DNA of 64,000 nucleotides from Acidobacteriota bacterium (lineage in GTDB: Bacteria; Acidobacteriota; UBA890; WLXD01). Both the position numbers and the translations under genes were made by a program. The notes below the pieces were generated by a model, which did no database searches, was not told the DNA's origin, and saw nothing but the letters and a program-made list of their open reading frames with translations. The stretch lies in assembly GCA_965248695.1 (NCBI GenBank), contig CBDFKD010000002.1, forward strand, positions 3,456,001 to 3,520,000, in the 5' to 3' direction. This document shows, in pieces, positions 9,887-19,155 of the stretch (the stretch's first letter is position 1; every line of letters starts with the position of its first letter).

Positions 9887-10202
9887 CTCGCGGCGCCACC
9901 GACCGCCACATCGCCTCACGGTCGGCGCGCACCTGCTCGAGTGCTAAGCGACCGGCCTGCCGAAGCGTGAACAGTCTCTTGCGGCGCCCGCCGCGCGCTT
10001 TGCCGGGGTCACCGACGCGCGATCGCAAGTATCGTTTGCGCTGCAAACGATCGAGCGCCGAGTAGACCGCGCCAATAGTGACGGCCCGGCCGGTGCGCTG
10101 CTCGATCTGCTGCTGAACCCCGACACCGTACGCCGCGTCGCCAAGGCCGAGCACTGCCAACAGAACTAGCTCTTCGAGCTCGCCCAGATGCTTGCCTCTC
10201 AC
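9879..10202 (-). CDS. PadR family transcriptional regulator
   Basis: LGELEELVLLAV...AYGV...GAVYSALDRL...RGGRRKRLFTL; GGAGGT RBS before GTG 10202. Confidence 0.9.
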   Translation of the reverse strand: MRGKHLGELEELVLLAVLGLGDAAYGVGVQQQIEQRTGRAVTIGAVYSALDRLQRKRYLRSRVGDPGKARGGRRKRLFTLRQAGRLALEQVRADREAMWRSVAPRDA

Positions 10203-10410
10203 TGCGACCTCCGGGACCGGGCCTCGGGCAGAAAATCCGCCATCCTTTGATGCGATGCTGCCTGTTGACGGAAAGTCGAGGGTTTCTTCGGCAAATGCGA
10301 ATATAGGCTGCCTCTGGCCGAGGTTCGCCGGCCAGGCGGCCGCAGCGTGCTGGTTGCCATCGGCGGCGCACAGGCAATGATATAGCATGGTCTGTTTGGA
10401 GCGTTGAGCC

Positions 10411-11616
10411 GTGCGTAGATCCAGTTTGCGAAATCGGCGCCGCGCGGTGGTGGTTGGCACTCTGCTGGTCGCGGCGGCCGCGTATGTAGTGCTGGTCCTG
10501 CGACCTGCGATGGCCGGGTTCGCTGCCAGCAGCGACAGAGCTTCCGCACTCGCCGACGAGCTCGACGATGCACAAGCCACGGTCGCGAGCATGGACGATC
10601 TGGAAAAGTCCGGCGAGCTCCTGGCGAACCGCGCGTCCGAGATCGGCTCCAGCATCGCGCTGAATGCCGCCGGCGGCGGGCTGGCGCCGACCGTCCAGGC
10701 GCTGCTCGAGGCCGCCAACGAGACAGGGATCGAGCTGGTCGCGCTCCGCACCTCGCCGCCCCTGGACTCGGACGAAACCGCGCGACGGCTTCTGGAGTTG
10801 GAAGGCTATGCTGGGCCCAGCGACTTCGCCGAGTTCATCGCCCGGATCCAGGGTTTGCGGCTCGACGAGTTTACGTTGGACGGGGCGGCGCGCCGCGGCG
10901 ACCCGTTGCGCTTCCTGGTGCGAGCGGCGATGCCGCCGTCGGAAGATGTCGCCGAGCTGATCGCCGCCGCCGATGGAGTGGAGTCGCGCGGCCTGCCCTC
11001 CGTTTCCGACTCGCTGTTCGCCCAGCCGGCCCGCCCGCGCCCAGCGAGCCCCGAGCCCGCGCCGACCAGCACCGAGCCGGTGCTGAACCTCGTAGGGGTT
11101 TCGTCGTTCGGCGCCGGCCGTTTGGCGGTCATTGTCGAGCCGACCACAGGACGAGATCACTTCGTCATGACCGGCGGCGCTGTCGGCGGATTCGTGGTCG
11201 AGGAGATCACCGAGTCCACAGTCACCCTACGTGGCGAAGGCGGCGGACGTACGCTGGCGCTGTCCGACACGGTGGCCATCGCACCCGCCGAGGTCGAGGA
11301 CGGTGCGCCAGAAGCGCTGCCGATCGACGGGTCGACGCCGATCTACCTCGCCGCACTGGGGGTGTCGGTAATCGAGCTACCGCTCGACGCGCATGGGGCG
11401 GCGAGCGCCGACAACGAGCGGCTCTTGGTAGTGGGTCTCGACGCCGCGGATTCTCCGCTTCGCGTCGGCGACTTGCTCCGCTCAATCGGCGTCATCCCGA
11501 TCCGCAGTGTGCTGGAAGCCGCTGCCGTCCTCGCCGCCACGAGTGTCGGCACCGAGCTCGAGATAGGGCTCAAGCGCGGCAATCAGCTGCTCGCCTTGGT
11601 GATCCCGAGCCGCTGA
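10411..11616 (+). CDS. PilO/GspM-like protein apparently fused to a GspC-like/PDZ C-terminal region
   Basis: N-terminal TM, coiled coil and a PilO-like ferredoxin pattern (AANETGIELVAL...LELEG...FAEFIARIQ); Pro linker; HR-like LVGV...LAVI...EEITESTVTL; degenerate PDZ (SPLRVGDLLRSIG). First gene of the secretin operon. Confidence 0.55.
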   Translation: MRRSSLRNRRRAVVVGTLLVAAAAYVVLVLRPAMAGFAASSDRASALADELDDAQATVASMDDLEKSGELLANRASEIGSSIALNAAGGGLAPTVQALLEAANETGIELVALRTSPPLDSDETARRLLELEGYAGPSDFAEFIARIQGLRLDEFTLDGAARRGDPLRFLVRAAMPPSEDVAELIAAADGVESRGLPSVSDSLFAQPARPRPASPEPAPTSTEPVLNLVGVSSFGAGRLAVIVEPTTGRDHFVMTGGAVGGFVVEEITESTVTLRGEGGGRTLALSDTVAIAPAEVEDGAPEALPIDGSTPIYLAALGVSVIELPLDAHGAASADNERLLVVGLDAADSPLRVGDLLRSIGVIPIRSVLEAAAVLAATSVGTELEIGLKRGNQLLALVIPSR

Positions 11617-11862
11617 CAAGCACCGTCGAGAGCACCGCCACCGCCAGGCCACGCGTTGCGTGGGGCATCAAGATACTTCATCCCTTTCCGCCACCGCCCC
11701 CTAGCTTTGGCCAGAGCACCATGGAACATTCGTGAGGTGACGGTTGGGGCACCGTGACGATGCGCTATTCGCGCGAGTTCGGGGGGACAATCGAACGTGG
11801 GGTGCGGAGCTCCGTCGGGTGTGAAGTGCGTCATCACACGCTCATCCGAAGCGGAGCGATAA

Positions 11863-13146
11863 GTGTCGGGGGGCATCGCCGGCCCGCATAGGGCGCCGGA
11901 TGTAGTCGTGTTGCCGCCGGACGGCGCGGCTGCCAGGGCCGCCGGACTGCAGTTACCCGGCGTTCCGCTCGCCGAGGCCTTCGTCAAGAGCATGGCGTTG
12001 CCTAACGTCGATGAGCCGGTGTTGCGCGAGGTCGTCCGGCTTCAGGTCAAACACGGCCTGAACGGGGCCCGGGGCAAGCGCGTGATCTCGTGCCGGCGGC
12101 GCGATGCCGGCGACCGTACGCTCGTGCTGATCACTGCCGTGGTTCGGCAGCGCGGCCGAGTTGCATTGCCGCGGCCGTGGTTGCTTTTCGGCGCTGCGGC
12201 ACGCGCAGGGCTCGTCGACCGCGGGAAGAACTCGCTACTCGTTTATCGCGACGACGCGCAGCTTGTCGCCGTGTCCATCGAGGAGGGCGAGATTGTCTTC
12301 GTACACGGATTCGGTGCCGACGCCAACCTGCGGCAGCAGCTCGAGGTGTCAGCGCAGGCGGTCTACCTCCGTCGCCGTAGGCGGCCACTGAAGATCGATC
12401 GCGTCATCGTTTGCGAGGGGGCCGATCAGCTACGCGAGCCTGCCGCCAGCTTGGCCGGCGCCGAGGTCATCAGTGTCTTCTGGCTACAGCTCGCCGTCCA
12501 TATCGCCGGCGCCGCAGTGCCCGAAACGGATGCGCGGGTCGATCCGGCGCGCTGGTTGCCGATACCGGTACATTCCCGCGCGATTGTCGCGGCACCCAGC
12601 GCAATGCTCGTGGTGCAAGAAATCCCGCGGATTGCCCGCTCCCTGCTAGCGGGGCGGCCACGCCGCGGGTTCCAGAGGCTGGTAGCGGCCGCCGTGGTCG
12701 CGGCGGCGATTCCGTTGCTCGCGCTTCAGGTCATGACCAGCCTGGCGGCCAGGCGCAGCGCCGGCTTGGAGGACGCGCTGCAGCGGCTTCAGCCTCAGGT
12801 ACAGACCGTGCAGGCGCTGCGTTCACGCAACGCGGAGCTCACGCAGCTCACTACGGGCACCGGCGCCGCCATCATGGCAGGTCGTGATTGGCATCGCCTG
12901 ATGGCGGCCCTCGACACGTCGCGCCCAGACGGACTTCGCCTCTCGAGCCTGGAGGGCGCGCGCGCCGAGCGGTGGAGCATTGCCGGCCGGGCCGACGACG
13001 TCCGAATGGTCGGTGAGTTCGTCGACCGCCTGTCGGCCACTGGACTGGTGGCCGACGTGAATCTCACACTCGAAGAGGAGCCTGCCGGCGGCACCGGATT
13101 CGCGGTCGGATTCCTCATGGGCCCCAAGGAGCGGCTCGATCCATGA
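11863..13146 (+). CDS. PilM/PilN (GspL)-like alignment protein
   Basis: Cytoplasmic N-region, one TM, coiled coil and a PilN-like end (LDTSRPDGLRLSSL...IAGRA...FVDRLSATG); overlaps the secretin start (ATGA). Confidence 0.6.
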   Translation: MSGGIAGPHRAPDVVVLPPDGAAARAAGLQLPGVPLAEAFVKSMALPNVDEPVLREVVRLQVKHGLNGARGKRVISCRRRDAGDRTLVLITAVVRQRGRVALPRPWLLFGAAARAGLVDRGKNSLLVYRDDAQLVAVSIEEGEIVFVHGFGADANLRQQLEVSAQAVYLRRRRRPLKIDRVIVCEGADQLREPAASLAGAEVISVFWLQLAVHIAGAAVPETDARVDPARWLPIPVHSRAIVAAPSAMLVVQEIPRIARSLLAGRPRRGFQRLVAAAVVAAAIPLLALQVMTSLAARRSAGLEDALQRLQPQVQTVQALRSRNAELTQLTTGTGAAIMAGRDWHRLMAALDTSRPDGLRLSSLEGARAERWSIAGRADDVRMVGEFVDRLSATGLVADVNLTLEEEPAGGTGFAVGFLMGPKERLDP

Positions 13147-14987
13147 GACGACGGAAAGCCAACGTGAGCCTCGTGGCGGCGCTCTTGTTGACGATGCTCT
13201 CGTCGGCCGCGCTGCCGGCCAGCGGGCAAACTGCCGCGGCCGCATCGCAAGATCAGACGCAACAGGCGGTGACACCGGATCCCGAGCCACTTCCCGAACA
13301 ACAGCCCGCCGAGTGCATCCAGTTCGATTTTCGCGGCGCCAGCTTGCGCACGGTGGTTCGTTTCGTTGCCCAGTTGAGCAATCTTGTCCCGATCATCCCG
13401 GAAAGCCTCGTCGGCGTGGTGACCATCTCGTCACCGCGTCGGCTCAGCCTGTCCGATGCGCAGCGGGTATTGGGTGCTGTGCTCGACGCGTACGAGTTCA
13501 CCCTCTTGCGGGACGACCACTTCCTCCGTGTGGTCCCCAAAGCGGTGTCGATGCAGCGCTCGGTCGATCTGTTCTACGGCCGTGATCTCGACGCGATCCC
13601 CGCCGACGATCGCATCATCACGCAGATCATCCCAGTCGAGAACGCTCGCGCCGCCGGCATCGTCGATTCGTTGACGCCGCTGATCTCGACCACGGGCCAC
13701 ATGTTCGTCAGCGCCGAGAACAACATGCTCGGGATCACCGACTCGGCATCGAACGTGCGCCGTCTGCTCGGGATCATCCTGCACCTCGACGTCGAGCGTG
13801 CCGCGGTGAGCTCAACGTACACCCGCGTCTACAACATCCACTATCTCAAGGCCGAGGAAGTGGCCACGGCGCTTCAGGCCGTGTTCGGTGGCGGCACCGC
13901 AGCCACCACCACCGGATCCGCGGGCACCGCAGCCGCCACTACCGCGCCGGCCGCCGCCCCGCCGAGCACCCTCGGCTCCCTCGCCGCGGTGGCCAATCCG
14001 GCGACACCGGCGGCTCAGTCGACTGCTTCGCCGGCTTCTGTCCCAAACCAGGGGACTCGCATCACACCGGTGATCGCCGCCAACGCCATCATCGTTACGG
14101 CGATGCGCGAGATACACCGCCAAATCGAGGATACGTTGCTCGCTCTCGACACGCGGCGGCGGCAGGTGTTGATCGAAGTGAAGATCATCGAGGGGACTCT
14201 GTCACGCGAGACTTCTACCGGCATTAACCTGCTGGAGTTCATCTTCGCCACCGGAGCCGGCCTGCACACGATCACCGGCGGTGCCGACACCTCTAGTCCA
14301 TATGTCAACTACACGCTCAACTCCAATCAGCTCGATGTGGTGCTCACCGCAGCCGCAGCGGATGACACTATCCGGATCCTCTCGGCGCCACACGTGCTCA
14401 CATCTGACAATCAGCAGGCGCGCATCGTCGTAGCGCAAGAAGAGCCCATACTGACCTCGGTAACCGACCTGGCAGCGCAGACAGCGGGGCCGCGAACCGT
14501 GAGCTCCTTCGAATACCGCGACGTCGGTATCGAGCTCACGGTCACCCCGCGTATCAATGAAGACCGCGACGTCGATCTCGAGGTCGACTTCAACATCACC
14601 AGCCTGCTGGCGAACGTCGCATTGCCGGGCGAGACCTTCGCGCCCCGGATCGGCAAGCGCGAGGGATCCAGCAAGGTGACCGTGATGGACGGCAGCACGC
14701 TGGTCATCGGCGGGCTGATGAAGGACGACTATCGAGATCAGCGCCAGAAGGTGCCGATCCTGGGAAGCATTCCCATAATCGGGCGCTTGTTCTCGACCGT
14801 GCGCCAGGTCAAAGATCAGACCGAGTTGCTGGTGCTGGTCACGCCGCGGGTGGCAGAAACCGACGCGGAAGGTGTGCGCCTCACCCGTGAGGCCGAAGAA
14901 GGGATGGAGGCTCGCTTCCCGGACGCGCGGACGAAGAGCGAGTCTGAAACCGCCAAGGAGCAACAACCCCAGGAGCAGCAACGCTGA
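13143..14987 (+). CDS. gspD: Secretin, GspD type
   Basis: N0 (QFDFRGASLRTVVRFV), N1 and N3 repeats; QVLIEVKIIE, LSAPHVLTSDNQQA, YRDVGIELTVTPRIN, KVPILGSIPIIGRLF and ELLVLVTPRV motifs. Confidence 0.9.
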   Translation: MRRRKANVSLVAALLLTMLSSAALPASGQTAAAASQDQTQQAVTPDPEPLPEQQPAECIQFDFRGASLRTVVRFVAQLSNLVPIIPESLVGVVTISSPRRLSLSDAQRVLGAVLDAYEFTLLRDDHFLRVVPKAVSMQRSVDLFYGRDLDAIPADDRIITQIIPVENARAAGIVDSLTPLISTTGHMFVSAENNMLGITDSASNVRRLLGIILHLDVERAAVSSTYTRVYNIHYLKAEEVATALQAVFGGGTAATTTGSAGTAAATTAPAAAPPSTLGSLAAVANPATPAAQSTASPASVPNQGTRITPVIAANAIIVTAMREIHRQIEDTLLALDTRRRQVLIEVKIIEGTLSRETSTGINLLEFIFATGAGLHTITGGADTSSPYVNYTLNSNQLDVVLTAAAADDTIRILSAPHVLTSDNQQARIVVAQEEPILTSVTDLAAQTAGPRTVSSFEYRDVGIELTVTPRINEDRDVDLEVDFNITSLLANVALPGETFAPRIGKREGSSKVTVMDGSTLVIGGLMKDDYRDQRQKVPILGSIPIIGRLFSTVRQVKDQTELLVLVTPRVAETDAEGVRLTREAEEGMEARFPDARTKSESETAKEQQPQEQQR

Positions 14988-16792
14988 GCGACGCGACCAG
15001 GTCAGCGCCAACGGCGGGCCCCGGAGGGCGACCCGCCGGCTTCCCGAGGCGTCGGATCAACGGCCCGGCCGAGGCCCTTCTGATGGCGGCGCTTGTCGCC
15101 AGCGCATGTGGTGGTCCGTTCGATCTCACCGCGCCGACCGGCGCGATCCTCGTGATCAGCGCCAACCCGACTACGATTGCGCTGTTCACCGGTCGCTCGA
15201 CGATCACCGCGCGCATTACCAAGCCCGACGGTAGCGCCGCTCTCGACGGTACGCTTGTCACCTTCACCACGACGACCGGCACAATCGCGGAGCGTGTCGA
15301 GACCAAGGGCGGCGTAGCCAAGGCGGAGCTCGTCGCCGGCGACCGTCCGGGCACCGCCGACGTTACCGCTACCTCTGGCACCATCGTCGACTCCAGCAAC
15401 GAAGTAACGCCAAAATCGGCGACGGTCTCGGTGCAAATCGGCAGTACGCCGAATACGGTCAACATCGTCGCCAATCCCACGGAGTTACCGCCCATCGGCG
15501 GGGTTTCGTTGATCACCGCAGTGGTGACGGATGCCAGTGCCGAACCGGCAGCCGATGTCCCCGTGACGTTCTCCACCACGGCGGGCGAGCTCAACCCGGA
15601 TGGCGCCGTGGTTCGAACGGACGGCAACGGCAAGGCAAAGGTACGCCTGCGGACAACCGTGTCGGCGACGGTCACCGCAACGGTCGGCAGCCTGACCGTC
15701 GTCTCGGTAACCGTCGACGTCAACTCATCGCCGCCAGTTCCGGTAATCAGTTTTTCGCCGACGACGCCCAGCGCCGGGAAAGAGGTCCGCTTCAGTGCTA
15801 TCGGAACCACGGCGGCGAGCTCGATCCGGCGGTACGACTGGGAGTTTGGCGACGGCGCGGCCGCAACCGGGGTGGCCGCTGCGAACGTCTATGCGAACGC
15901 CGGCGACTTCGTAGTCACCTTGTCGGTCACCGACACCAACGGCCTGGTCGGAGTCGCGACCGCGCCGATCACGGTCGGACAGGGCGAGCCGCCCATCGCG
16001 AGCTTTACTTTCTCGCCCGGCGTCGCCACGGCCGAAGAACCAGTGTTATTCGACGGCTCGAGCTCAACCGATCCGGACGGCCAGATCGTCGAATATTCCT
16101 GGGGCTGGGGCGACGGCACGAGCGGCGACGTCGGTCCGTTGCCAACCGCTCAGCACATTTTCTCGGATCCTGGTAGCTACACCGTGCAGCTTACGGTTCG
16201 CGACGATCAGGGACTCAGCGGCAGCGCCAGTCAGACCGTCACGGTACCGGGCGGCAACGAACCGACGGCGAGCTTCACGTTCTCCCCGAGCGCGCCGGCG
16301 CTGAACCAAACTGTGACTTTCGACGGCGGCTCTTCGACCGACGAAGACGGAACGATCGTGCAGTATTCGTGGAATTTCGGCGACGGTACCAGTCCCGCAG
16401 TCTCGGCCTCGCCCATCGCCACCCACGCGTTCACTCAGAACGGTTCGTTCACCGTGACGCTCACCGTCACAGACAACGAGGGGCTAACGGGCACCGCGAG
16501 CAGCAGCGTCACCTTGGGCGGGAGCCAAGCGCCCACAGCCAGCTTCACCTTCTCGCCAAGCAAGCCGAGTATCGGACAAACGGTGACCTTCAACAGCTCC
16601 GCATCGTTCGACCCGGACGGCCAGATCGTGGAGTACACCTGGGACTGGGGCGACGGGAGCAGCCCGGTCGTGACTTCCAGCGCCACGACCCAGCACTCGT
16701 TCTCTGCCGCCGGCACCTTCAGCGTGAAGCTCACGGTGCGGGACAACGACGGGTTGGTCGGCGATGTCACCGTTTCGGTGACCGTGAGCTGA
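14984..16792 (+). CDS. Lipoprotein with two Big_1-like Ig domains and four PKD domains (candidate adhesin or cargo)
   Basis: Lipobox LVASA-C; Thr/Val-rich Ig repeats; four WxF/WGDG PKD repeats. Start is either ATG 15083 or the in-frame CTG 14984 that overlaps the gspD stop and follows AGGAG. Confidence 0.82.
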   Translation: MSDATRSAPTAGPGGRPAGFPRRRINGPAEALLMAALVASACGGPFDLTAPTGAILVISANPTTIALFTGRSTITARITKPDGSAALDGTLVTFTTTTGTIAERVETKGGVAKAELVAGDRPGTADVTATSGTIVDSSNEVTPKSATVSVQIGSTPNTVNIVANPTELPPIGGVSLITAVVTDASAEPAADVPVTFSTTAGELNPDGAVVRTDGNGKAKVRLRTTVSATVTATVGSLTVVSVTVDVNSSPPVPVISFSPTTPSAGKEVRFSAIGTTAASSIRRYDWEFGDGAAATGVAAANVYANAGDFVVTLSVTDTNGLVGVATAPITVGQGEPPIASFTFSPGVATAEEPVLFDGSSSTDPDGQIVEYSWGWGDGTSGDVGPLPTAQHIFSDPGSYTVQLTVRDDQGLSGSASQTVTVPGGNEPTASFTFSPSAPALNQTVTFDGGSSTDEDGTIVQYSWNFGDGTSPAVSASPIATHAFTQNGSFTVTLTVTDNEGLTGTASSSVTLGGSQAPTASFTFSPSKPSIGQTVTFNSSASFDPDGQIVEYTWDWGDGSSPVVTSSATTQHSFSAAGTFSVKLTVRDNDGLVGDVTVSVTVS

Positions 16793-16822
16793 TCGGCGTC
16801 GGCGACGCGCACGACCGGGGGG

Positions 16823-17085
16823 CTAGTGGCCTATAACAGATGATCGTTGCATGTCGTGGTGGCGAAATGGGTCCGGATGCCAAGCGCGACGACGAGACGA
16901 TGCTGGCGTCATCGTGCAGGAGGAGAGACGCCGCCATCGCCCGTAACTCCCACTTGCCCGAAGGGTCACGCCAGACCCATCACAGTCTCACCACGGCCTA
17001 CTCACATCGCTTTCCTCACCGCGCCTTGATCTCAACCGCAAATCCCATCTGCGACATGCAACGATCATCTGTTACAGGCCACTAG
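16823..17085. mobile_element. MITE (non-autonomous, 263 bp) with 34-bp terminal inverted repeats bounded by CTAG
   Basis: Left 16823-16856 CTAGTGGCCTATAACAGATGATCGTTGCATGTCG; right 17052-17085 is its reverse complement with one mismatch; no transposase inside. Confidence 0.85.
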
Positions 17086-17840
17086 ATCAGCTCAGTTTGC
17101 AGCAGGTCGCGGGCGCGGCTGACACTCGTGCTCGACAACGAGCGCTCGATGAACCCACAAAGCAGCCCAATGAGTGCTGCGATCTCGGGATGCTCGACGA
17201 AGCGCCAGGTCTCCATCGGCCCGATGCCCAGCACTACGGTCTTGGTCGAGAACAGCACCCCCACAGCCAGACTGCAGACGCCGGCAAAGATCAGACGCGC
17301 CCACGGCTCGAACAAACTCCCGCCGCCGATCTGCACATCGTCCAGCCGCAGCCTCAATCGCCGTGCCCCGAAAGACAGCCAGGTGCCCGCCTGACACCCG
17401 ACCCACACGAATAGGAAGTTGGTCCACTGCTGGTGCTCGCGAAAGAGCGTGTTCATCAGCAGCGCGATTACCAGCGGCGGCACGCCCAGGATCAGCGCGC
17501 GCACGCCGAGCCGCAGCAAATAGTCGTTCTTGAGACCGTTCATCACTTGGGCAGTCAGCTGATCTCTGAAGACCTCCAGCGCCCTCCTCGCCAACCCGGG
17601 TTGGGCGTTGTCGCCCTCGAGGCCCGCTTTGGCGAGCACGAATAGCTCGCGGCGGTAGCGATCGAAATCCTCACCTGACGACGAGAATACCGCACGGATC
17701 GCACGCAGCATGCGATTGATCTCGTCCATTAGACCGAGCTGACTCTCCGGTACCGCGGCGATATCGCCACCGCGCATCTCGAAATGAATCTCGGCCGGTG
17801 CCGAATCATCGACCGTAACAATGAAAGCGCCTCTAGACAT
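17082..17840 (-). CDS. Hypothetical membrane protein (about 4 C-terminal TM segments)
   Basis: GGAGAAG RBS before ATG 17840; helical N-domain followed by hydrophobic segments; last gene of the minus-strand pilus operon. Confidence 0.75.
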   Translation of the reverse strand: MSRGAFIVTVDDSAPAEIHFEMRGGDIAAVPESQLGLMDEINRMLRAIRAVFSSSGEDFDRYRRELFVLAKAGLEGDNAQPGLARRALEVFRDQLTAQVMNGLKNDYLLRLGVRALILGVPPLVIALLMNTLFREHQQWTNFLFVWVGCQAGTWLSFGARRLRLRLDDVQIGGGSLFEPWARLIFAGVCSLAVGVLFSTKTVVLGIGPMETWRFVEHPEIAALIGLLCGFIERSLSSTSVSRARDLLQTELI

Positions 17841-17864
17841 TGACTTCTCCAAATCGATCGTTGG

Positions 17865-18305
17865 TCACATTCGCAGCAGCAACAGGGCGTGATATCCCAG
17901 CAACATCACGTAGCCTGCCGCCAGGATTCCCAGGCCTGTCAGGCCGACACGGAAGTTCTGATGGATGGCCAGCAGCCAGACTCCGACCCCGGTGATCAGT
18001 AGCTTGACGGCCAGAAAGGCGCCGTAGCCGCCGCGCAACGTCCAAGCCATCAGCGGATTCGCCTCGGCGCCGCCCTCGTCCAGCCACAGCATGGTCAGCA
18101 GCGCATCACCGGCACTACTTAGCACTACGAAGATGGCGATCGTCGCGACCAGCCGTCGGGGCCTGTCGACGTACCGATTGCGGACGTCATCCGGGCGCCG
18201 TCCGCCGCTACGGCCGCCGCGCCATCGGAGGCTACCGAGCAGCGTGGTCGGTCGGGCGCGCCGGTCGACTCGCCGACGTCGGTCGGAGTGGGGCTTTGGG
18301 CCCAT
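17865..18305 (-). CDS. DUF5658-like membrane protein with Arg-rich DRR N-terminus
   Basis: LSSAGDALLTM...GGAEANPLM...FLAVKLLIT signature; N-terminal SDRRRRVDRR. Confidence 0.75.
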   Translation of the reverse strand: MGPKPHSDRRRRVDRRARPTTLLGSLRWRGGRSGGRRPDDVRNRYVDRPRRLVATIAIFVVLSSAGDALLTMLWLDEGGAEANPLMAWTLRGGYGAFLAVKLLITGVGVWLLAIHQNFRVGLTGLGILAAGYVMLLGYHALLLLRM

Positions 18306-18315
18306 GGATACCTCG

Positions 18316-18744
18316 CTAGTAGTTAGGCGGATAGAGCCGACTACCGCCAGAATTCAAGTAGCCCGTCACTTCGCCGTCCGGCGTGATCGCCAATCGTCCG
18401 TTCCAGCTCGCCCCTTTGACGCGGCGCGCGAAGGCGACGAAGTAGTCGTCGTCGCCGGTTCTGATGCCGTACTCGAACCGAGTGCGGGCCGGGGCGGCCA
18501 TCGAGTCAAGCACTCCCGATTCCTGCAGCTCATCGATCGAATCGGCATAGCGGGCGTTCTCGATCCAATAGAGTCGCTGGGCGGTCCATACTGACTCGAG
18601 ATGCGAGGCGGCCAGATCGAGCGCGGATTGCTCTACAACCTTCGTGTAGCGCGCCAGACCGTAGCTGCCGATGAGCACCGAAAGCGTCACGGTGATGGCA
18701 AGCTCAAGCAACGTGAAGCCGTCTTGTTCGGGTCGTCCTCTCAT
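18316..18744 (-). CDS. Type IV minor pilin (PilE-like)
   Basis: Class III signal QDG|FTLLE plus hydrophobic helix; AQRLYWIENARYADSIDEL. Confidence 0.88.
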   Translation of the reverse strand: MRGRPEQDGFTLLELAITVTLSVLIGSYGLARYTKVVEQSALDLAASHLESVWTAQRLYWIENARYADSIDELQESGVLDSMAAPARTRFEYGIRTGDDDYFVAFARRVKGASWNGRLAITPDGEVTGYLNSGGSRLYPPNY

Positions 18745-19137
18745 CGCCGCCGTCCGCCGCGACGACCGCCGCCATCCGTCGGACCTCCTCGACCTCGCGA
18801 ACCGCGGCCGCGATCCGGAGGCGAGAGCCCCGGTTCCTCGCGCACTACGACTTCAGCCCCGGCGCCGACCTGGACCAGAGCGCGCCACCCCATCTCGCCG
18901 GGCCCCACCGCCAGGATTCGAAGCGACGAGTTGAGCGCTGCCATGGCAGGCCTCTGGATCGAAGTCACGACGAGACGTTGCCCGTCATCCGAGATTCGAA
19001 CCTCGGTTCGATAGCGCTCCGTGAGTCGGTCCACGTAGCCCGTAGTGCGATGTACGGCCGGCCGTGCCCAACGCGACGATCGTGCTCGCAAGCAGCAGCA
19101 TCGCAATCTGTAATTCCAACAGCGACGAGCCCTTCAA
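18741..19137 (-). pseudogene. Minor pilin (PilV/GspI-like) with an apparent frameshift at ~19055-19064
   Basis: GGAGGT RBS then TTG gives MKG|SSLLELQIAMLLLASTIVALGT; that frame stops after 50 codons, while the adjacent frame (AVHRTTGYVDRLTERY...) runs to 18741. The switch falls at ACGGCCGGCCGTA. Confidence 0.65.
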
Positions 19138-19155
19138 GGTACCTCCCAGCAGGCC

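Noticed and set aside
15780-16790. Near-repeated DNA blocks (e.g. CCGGACGGCCAGATCGT at ~16072 and ~16613)
   Set aside because: Explained by tandem PKD domain duplication within one gene.
16840-17085. 81-aa ORF inside the MITE as a transposase
   Set aside because: Too short, with no DDE or HTH features.
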